Below are positions 58,014 through 64,000 of a stretch of 64,000 bases of DNA, in pieces. Where the stretch lies: positions 92,316 through 156,315 of the forward strand of contig JAHPZI010000022.1 of NCBI GenBank assembly GCA_019058295.1. Reading direction: 5' to 3'. The translations under genes and the position numbers were made by a program. A model generated the notes under the pieces. It saw only the letters and a list, made by a program, of their open reading frames with translations. It had not been told where the DNA came from and searched no databases. This DNA is from Promethearchaeota archaeon. GTDB lineage: Archaea > Asgardarchaeota > Lokiarchaeia > Sigyniarchaeales > SOKP01. The stretch's first letter is position 1. Each line of letters opens with the position of its first letter.

Positions 58014-60869
58014 TTAAAAAAACGCATCCATCTTTTTTATTCCTTTAATTTCTTCAAATGTAATACCTAACGCATCTAATACTTGTTCCAAAGCAGATTG
58101 TAATAGCTCACGATATTTTTTAGTATCTATATCTTGAAGTTTTGCTAATTCAAGTGCTTTAGCTCCGATAGTACCTTTGCTTTTTATAAAGGAAATTACT
58201 TCGCCTTTTTGATATTCTTTACCAGTCGCTTCTTTTAATTCTAGTGCTGCGCGGACATGTTGCGGCACTACTTTTGTATAGCCTGAAAGTTTTTTCTGTA
58301 TTGCGATGTTTATCGCATAATCCTCTAAGGTGAAAGTATCTGGTTTCCCAATTTTCTTTAAATTATCTCTAACTATTTCAATAATTTCATTTTTAGCCTT
58401 GGAAAACTCATTATCATTTGTAATATTCTTTAAGATCTCAATCATTTGGCCAAATATGGTTTTAATAAAATCAGGAGTATTTCTTTTTTTAGCGAGTAAT
58501 CCCTTGATATCTACATATTTAGTATCCTTATAGATACCTACATAATTTTTCTTTCTTTTAGAAAGCGCTAAAAATTGGTAGGTTTTTTCTTCCTCTAAAT
58601 CAAGATCAAGTTCTTTTTTACTCCAATCTGATATTTCCTTCATCTGATTCTTAGAAGGATTCAATAAGAAGACGCTATCAGTGTCCCCGTACAGGACTTT
58701 TACGCCGAGTTCTTCTGATTTTTTAATTGTCTGCTTTATTGAGTATTGTCCTATACCAGTTGTGCTTTCTGCTACGGGTAGGCAAAATAATGGGAAATTT
58801 TGTGAACCAAAAACTCCATACGAACCATTAATAAACACTTTTAAAGCTTGCTGAATTGTAGTGAAGTAGCTACGTCTTTCATCAGATAAACTTTTCTCAA
58901 CCGATTTTGGCTTGAAAAATTTCACCCGAATATCTCGGAAAAATCCAACAACATATGCAAATATACCCATTTTATGAGTACAAACATGATAGGGAATTCC
59001 TTTGATTAAATTTTCCGTACAATCAGTATGAGGGCATTGGACTGTTTCATAAGAAAGATTATATTCTTTTATAATTGAAGGGTAGAGTGATGCGAAATCC
59101 ATAACTACAACATCATAATGAATACCTGGAACAGGAGGTATAACATAAGCTCCTGCATACGCTTTTCCCTCAATTGTGGCTTTAGAATAACCGCCTTTTT
59201 TTATTTCAGATATTTCTGAACGACGAGGGATTAAATAATTGTTTTGTCGATGTTCAAAATAGAAAATATTTTGTATCCATGCAGAGATTTGGTGCCTAAT
59301 CATATCATGAATGGGCATTTTTGTCATTCTACATAGCAAAATTATAAGATTCCAGACAAGGGAATTATTAAATTTTGTTAATTCGAGCGTTAATATAGAA
59401 TCTTTTAAATTGTACCATGCTAAAATGCCATATCTCATATCATGAATTTCTTCTTCGTGTTTATATTTACCTTCTCCGAGTAATGCCGTGCTGATTGCTT
59501 CTAATGAACTACTCTCATATGCTCCTCCAAAGGCATAACCTGATATACTTCTATTGAAAAATAAGTTGAATACATCAATATGAATTCCTTTTCTTAAATC
59601 ACATTCTGCTCTTGAGAGAAATCCATATCCTCTTTTAAAAACAATAGGATTCAGATCTCTGTCTATTTTTAATTTATTTGCTCGATGAAATAAGTAATTT
59701 AAGTCAAAATTATCTCCATTAAAAGTAATGATAATAGGATATTCCCACATTAATCTAAATACTTCAGTTAATAATTCCTTCTCGCTTTTAAAAAATGTTA
59801 TTTTAGCTTCTTTAGGAAATTTTTCATGAAGTTCTATGTAAGTAAATCCCGCTCGTTCCAATACATAAACTTGATGTAATCCATCAGTAGCGACAAAAGA
59901 AACACTGATAACTTCTTGCTTCGCCATAACTGGATCAGGTATTTTATAATCCTTTGGACCTATACTTACCTCAATATCAAGAGCCATCCGCTTAATATCA
60001 GGGATAGGAGTTAGAAAGATATTCAAATATTTTTTTGCAAATTTTTGCATTTCCGGTTCTTCTTCTTTAAACAAATTTATTAACTCATTAGCAATCCTCT
60101 CTGATTCAGTTTTATCTTCTCTAAATTCTACTTTTTCAATTTTTCCATTTTTGATACTATAAATTAATCCCGGAATTAAACCAGTATCATAAATATAATT
60201 TAAATGATATCTAATATCTGCTTCCCATGCTCCTCCTAGAATTCCTCGAATATTCTTTCCAGATCCTCCAATGTCGAGAGGAGTCTTTCCGTATATCTTG
60301 GTCATTGGAATTTCTTTGTCAGTTAATAATTCAAACTTTTTAACGTCTTCAATTCTTACGAATCCATCATAATTAGTTAATTCGATATTTGATTCTAAAC
60401 TGGTTTTCGACTCCTTACTTAAGCAATAAGGCTCATGATTAGTAGTATCAATCCAAATTTTAATATCGTCAGTTTCTAAATCGTAAAATTTACAGTATGC
60501 TTTATTTTGTCCACCATCATAATCAACATCTAATAAAAGACCTTTTTCTAGATCCTGAACAATTTCACCTTTTTCTATTAAATATCTGAGATATCGTTGA
60601 GCATAAGATTCTCCCTTCATCTGTTTTATTTCAAAATTATCTTCCTTTAAACCAAAGGGAATATCATTACGTTTAAAATATAATTCATCAGGAATTTCTC
60701 CAGGAGCTTTAGGAGCTGTTTTAGGTTTTTCAGGCTTTTCTGCTTTTTTCTTAGTGGGTTTTTTTTTCGCAGGTTTCTTTTTTGCCACTGATTTCTTAGA
60801 TCTTGACGTATCCATGAAAGAAGTGAGAGACTTCTGCTGTTTATCTTCTACTCTTTTCTTTTTTGCCAA
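58014..60869 (-). CDS. polB1: Family B DNA polymerase, PolB1 type
   Basis: Exonuclease motifs ALDIE, FNGDNFD, YNLKD; polymerase motifs DFASLYPSII, KVFINGSYGVFG, YGDTDS, KKNY; no intein. Confidence 0.93.
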   Translation of the reverse strand: MAKKKRVEDKQQKSLTSFMDTSRSKKSVAKKKPAKKKPTKKKAEKPEKPKTAPKAPGEIPDELYFKRNDIPFGLKEDNFEIKQMKGESYAQRYLRYLIEKGEIVQDLEKGLLLDVDYDGGQNKAYCKFYDLETDDIKIWIDTTNHEPYCLSKESKTSLESNIELTNYDGFVRIEDVKKFELLTDKEIPMTKIYGKTPLDIGGSGKNIRGILGGAWEADIRYHLNYIYDTGLIPGLIYSIKNGKIEKVEFREDKTESERIANELINLFKEEEPEMQKFAKKYLNIFLTPIPDIKRMALDIEVSIGPKDYKIPDPVMAKQEVISVSFVATDGLHQVYVLERAGFTYIELHEKFPKEAKITFFKSEKELLTEVFRLMWEYPIIITFNGDNFDLNYLFHRANKLKIDRDLNPIVFKRGYGFLSRAECDLRKGIHIDVFNLFFNRSISGYAFGGAYESSSLEAISTALLGEGKYKHEEEIHDMRYGILAWYNLKDSILTLELTKFNNSLVWNLIILLCRMTKMPIHDMIRHQISAWIQNIFYFEHRQNNYLIPRRSEISEIKKGGYSKATIEGKAYAGAYVIPPVPGIHYDVVVMDFASLYPSIIKEYNLSYETVQCPHTDCTENLIKGIPYHVCTHKMGIFAYVVGFFRDIRVKFFKPKSVEKSLSDERRSYFTTIQQALKVFINGSYGVFGSQNFPLFCLPVAESTTGIGQYSIKQTIKKSEELGVKVLYGDTDSVFLLNPSKNQMKEISDWSKKELDLDLEEEKTYQFLALSKRKKNYVGIYKDTKYVDIKGLLAKKRNTPDFIKTIFGQMIEILKNITNDNEFSKAKNEIIEIVRDNLKKIGKPDTFTLEDYAINIAIQKKLSGYTKVVPQHVRAALELKEATGKEYQKGEVISFIKSKGTIGAKALELAKLQDIDTKKYRELLQSALEQVLDALGITFEEIKGIKKMDAFF

Positions 60870-61058
60870 ATAAACACCAATATCAGATGACTTTTTTATT
60901 TCTATATATAATTATTATAGTATTTATTAAAATTTCAACTATTTCTACCTTAATATTGAAATATCTAGTACATTTTTTTTTGTTTTTAACAGATATTAAA
61001 TCAAAACGAGAATATAAAAAAAAAATATTATTTTTTTTGGTTTCGAGAACTAATTGTA

Positions 61059-61382
61059 CTACCAAACAGCTGAAAATCCCCATGCCATAGCACCTAAAAG
61101 AAATAACAAACATATGGCACTAAAAACGGTTCCTAAAATTCCAAATGTTTTATTATCTTCAGCAGTAGCAATTCCAACAATTCCTAGAATTAGAGCTATG
61201 AAACAAAAGACAAGTAAAACAATTCCAAAAGTCGCTGCTTGGGCAACTTGAGCAGTAGCTACAGTCCCAGCAAATGCAGCAGATGCTATAGCTCGCCATA
61301 TCATTACTGGTAAAATTATAAAAGTTAAGACACAAAGAACAAGTGATAAAACGAAAGAAGCAATTCCAACTCCATTTCCCAT
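61059..61382 (-). CDS. Small membrane protein (about 3 TM helices)
   Basis: Hydrophobic 107-aa ORF with GAGTGA SD, co-oriented with pmbA and polB. Confidence 0.65.
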   Translation of the reverse strand: MGNGVGIASFVLSLVLCVLTFIILPVMIWRAIASAAFAGTVATAQVAQAATFGIVLLVFCFIALILGIVGIATAEDNKTFGILGTVFSAICLLFLLGAMAWGFSAVW

Positions 61383-61463
61383 ATAATTTCACTCTCTTTT
61401 TTGTTTAATTTTTTTATTGGATGTAATTTTTATTTACACAAAATTGTATTTAAACTTTTTTAC

Positions 61464-62843
61464 TCATTTAGTTCCAGTCGTCATCCTTATTCCCTCAATA
61501 AGCATAAAAGGAGCAAATACGGGATTTGAAGTCGGACTTAGCCATGTAGAGACTTGTTTTAATTTTTTTCCTAAACCTATTGTATGTTCAAGCATGTGAT
61601 AATGGTTGGAGTTAATACGTAGTTCTCTGACGGGTTCAAGAATTTTTCCTCTATTTTTTACTAAAAACATGCCATCTTTAGGAATAGAAGATAATACTCC
61701 AGGAGGGGCATAACTCTGATAACGAGTGTACCACGTTGATGAAATTAATAAAGTAGGTTTCTCAGAAATTTCCATTAATTCTTCTAAGGTGTGATCACCA
61801 GCTGCAAATACCGTATTGGAAGGTCTTGGCATTGTAATTCCGGCATTACCAGTTGATTCTTTATTTTTTCTTGTGAGAGATGTATTCGTAAAATATTGAT
61901 GTATAATTCCTTTATTAATTAATAATGTCTTTTTGGTGGGGACACATTCATCGTCAAAAGGAGAGCTTTCTAAACCATATTCAATGGTTCCATCGTCCCA
62001 TGCTGAGATATTTTCGCTGGCAATTTTATCACCTAATCTTTTTCCTATTAACCATGATAAACCCATCTTTCTGATGTATTCATTCATAGCTATTGATAAT
62101 GTAGGAGCTTGTAATTCAGTAGATACTTTTGGATATATGATTATATTATATATGCCTGGTTCCGCTTTTTTACCACCGACAGCCATTTTACAAATTTTTC
62201 CTGCCTCTTCTCCAGCCCATATTGCATCAAAATCTTTATTTAAGTGAGTTGAACAAGATAAAGATTCTCCTGTCGCGTACATATCTTCCGCAAATGCTCT
62301 TATTCGAAAATTAAGATGTGTTCTTTTAAAGTTTTGTTCAATACCGGTACTAGTTTCTAAAAAAAAATTAGTATCTCCAAAAAAGAAAGACCCAGCCACT
62401 CTCTTAGCTCCTTGGGTTATTGAAACATCTGTAGCTCTTTCAACAAGACCAATAGCTTTTTCACCCAAATTAGCGACTTTATCGTCAAAAATCTTACCTT
62501 GAATGCTCATATCATATTTAAGCGTTCCTTCTGGCAGTCTTTTGTAATATCTATTAATTTTTGCGACATTTAATAACTTTTCGCAATAATTTATGGTATT
62601 TTCGATTACATTAGGACTTAAATTGCTGATTGAAATTTCAGTTGTTCTTCTTTTTTTAGATAAAAACAATACTAACTTGATATCATCCCAATTCTTATTA
62701 ATGTCTATATTATTCTCAGAAAATCTGATTTGATTCTCTGATTTTATTATTCCTTTAATTACCCATGAATCACAAAATTGTTTTAGATGCTTTTTAGCAA
62801 GCTCCATTTTATCTGTTAAAATTTCAAACTTTTTTTGATTCAA
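61464..62843 (-). CDS. pmbA: TldE/PmbA-family protein
   Basis: QIRFSEN, PFDDECVP, STGNAG; no HExxxH motif; directly follows tldD. Confidence 0.85.
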   Translation of the reverse strand: MNQKKFEILTDKMELAKKHLKQFCDSWVIKGIIKSENQIRFSENNIDINKNWDDIKLVLFLSKKRRTTEISISNLSPNVIENTINYCEKLLNVAKINRYYKRLPEGTLKYDMSIQGKIFDDKVANLGEKAIGLVERATDVSITQGAKRVAGSFFFGDTNFFLETSTGIEQNFKRTHLNFRIRAFAEDMYATGESLSCSTHLNKDFDAIWAGEEAGKICKMAVGGKKAEPGIYNIIIYPKVSTELQAPTLSIAMNEYIRKMGLSWLIGKRLGDKIASENISAWDDGTIEYGLESSPFDDECVPTKKTLLINKGIIHQYFTNTSLTRKNKESTGNAGITMPRPSNTVFAAGDHTLEELMEISEKPTLLISSTWYTRYQSYAPPGVLSSIPKDGMFLVKNRGKILEPVRELRINSNHYHMLEHTIGLGKKLKQVSTWLSPTSNPVFAPFMLIEGIRMTTGTK

Positions 62844-62852
62844 ATAATCACC

Positions 62853-64000
62853 TTATGCTAATTTAACATTTCTTAATCTAACATTGGGACCACCAGTCCA
62901 AACAGGACACCCTTGGCCTGGTTCTGATTTACCACAAAAGGCTCCTTCCCATTCCATCGTTTCTTCCTTTCCTTGAGCGTCAATACTACCAAATAATCCA
63001 GGTGATGAGATTTCGAGACCTGGTTTTAAAACTAGATTTTTAATTTCACCATTTTCTATTAAATATGATTCTTGCCCTACATACTTAGATTGTAACCGCT
63101 TATCGTCAATATTCCATTCTGTGAAACTTTTCATGAAAATACCCAATTTTACATCCTCAATCATTTCTTCAAATGAATAATCTCCAGGTGCGAAATAAGT
63201 ATTCGCCATCCTTATAATAGGTTCACGATCATAAGCCACAGCTCTAGCGGCAGCATTGCTATGAGTATTAAAAACACTAGCAGTCTCTCGATTTAACAAC
63301 ATTTCATTAAAGATTCCATTTTTAATTAGCTCTCTTCTGTGAGCCTTTACACCCTCATCATCATATAAATAAAAACCATAGGAACCTGCAATAGTTGGAT
63401 CTTCATATATATTAACACATTCATTACCAATTCTAAAGCCAATTTCATGTTCTCTTAAATATGATTCCCCTGCCTGCGCTCCTTCACGACCTAGAATCCG
63501 ATCCGACTCATGCGGATGGCCACAATTTTCGTGAGATATTATTCCTGCAACTTTTGGTCCTAAAATTATATCTATCTCACCTTCAGGAGGCTTTTTGGCT
63601 TCTATTATAATTTTCCCGAGTATATTAACTTTTTCTCTTACTTTTTCAATTAAATTCCAAGAAATTAATTCGTTCCACCCTGCTGTTGTAGCAAAAGTAC
63701 TCATAGATTGTTCATTCTTACCACCAGGTTGTATTCCTATAATGATGGGTATAAAAGCAACTCGTGGAACTGAACTAGAGATTTTTGCTGAATCAGAATT
63801 AATGTAATATGTATCTCTCTGCTCTGTAATTAAAACAAAAATATGAATAAAATCTACAGGATATTTCTTTTCAGAGAAAATTTTAATAAAATCTTGAATA
63901 TATTCGATCTTTTCTTCTAAAGAGACTTCTATTGGATTAATATCATATTTGCTTTGCCATTTCGCTTCGTAAAATTTTTCTTCACTCATTTGAATGGGAG
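62853..64000 (-). CDS. tldD: TldD metalloprotease (5' end outside the window)
   Basis: HENCGH..E.DR, YDDEG, RMANTY, CGK..GQ..PVWTGGP; the frame stays open to the window edge. Confidence 0.92.
   Translation of the reverse strand, partial: PIQMSEEKFYEAKWQSKYDINPIEVSLEEKIEYIQDFIKIFSEKKYPVDFIHIFVLITEQRDTYYINSDSAKISSSVPRVAFIPIIIGIQPGGKNEQSMSTFATTAGWNELISWNLIEKVREKVNILGKIIIEAKKPPEGEIDIILGPKVAGIISHENCGHPHESDRILGREGAQAGESYLREHEIGFRIGNECVNIYEDPTIAGSYGFYLYDDEGVKAHRRELIKNGIFNEMLLNRETASVFNTHSNAAARAVAYDREPIIRMANTYFAPGDYSFEEMIEDVKLGIFMKSFTEWNIDDKRLQSKYVGQESYLIENGEIKNLVLKPGLEISSPGLFGSIDAQGKEETMEWEGAFCGKSEPGQGCPVWTGGPNVRLRNVKLA

Noticed and set aside
58014-60869. Intein or intron in PolB
   Set aside because: Polymerase motifs are contiguous and the length is normal apart from the N-terminal tail.
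2694-63807. Numerous 60-160 aa ORFs overlapping longer genes (e.g. 2694-2882, 14365-14700, 23619-24020, 34395-34718, 56797-57288, 60863-61251)
   Set aside because: Antisense or alternate-frame shadows of well-supported genes, with no recognisable motifs.
62853-63989. ATG at 63989 as the tldD start
   Set aside because: The frame is open to the window edge and the protein would lack the usual N-terminal region, so the start is probably outside the window.
1-64000. tRNA, rRNA, CRISPR arrays, transposases or integrases
   Set aside because: None recognised by eye; a covariance-model scan would be needed to exclude small RNAs.

Overview
AT-rich archaeal chromosomal segment, most consistent with an Asgard archaeon of the Lokiarchaeia type. 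Markers are Alba, a PolB1-type polymerase, cdhB/cdhC/cooT, tetraether synthase, IPGY-type C-terminally anchored beta-helix surface proteins, a membrane protein with a longin-like domain, and an expanded lipid/acyl-CoA catabolic gene set. Most of the window is ordinary metabolism: acyl-CoA dehydrogenase, four Cys-less thiolase-fold/DUF35 modules including an Ltp3/Ltp4-like operon, two acyl-CoA ligases, two crotonases, ADH+AOR, a FAD/CCG oxidoreductase operon, pncB and tldD/pmbA. The standout lies in the first 3.2 kb. (1) The acyl-CoA dehydrogenase gene is interrupted by a 31-nt hairpin insert (1912-1942) that folds as an archaeal bulge-helix-bulge (BHB) splice substrate; removing it at the canonical BHB cut positions restores the frame and the conserved C-terminal motif. 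(2) A second, synonymously diverged copy of the post-intron 3' end lies at 254-343. (3) A free-standing tandem-HNH endonuclease gene sits between the two copies. Together these suggest a small homing or 3'-end-replacement cassette coupled to an mRNA micro-intron. All assignments come from motif reading by eye; no searches or folding programs were run.
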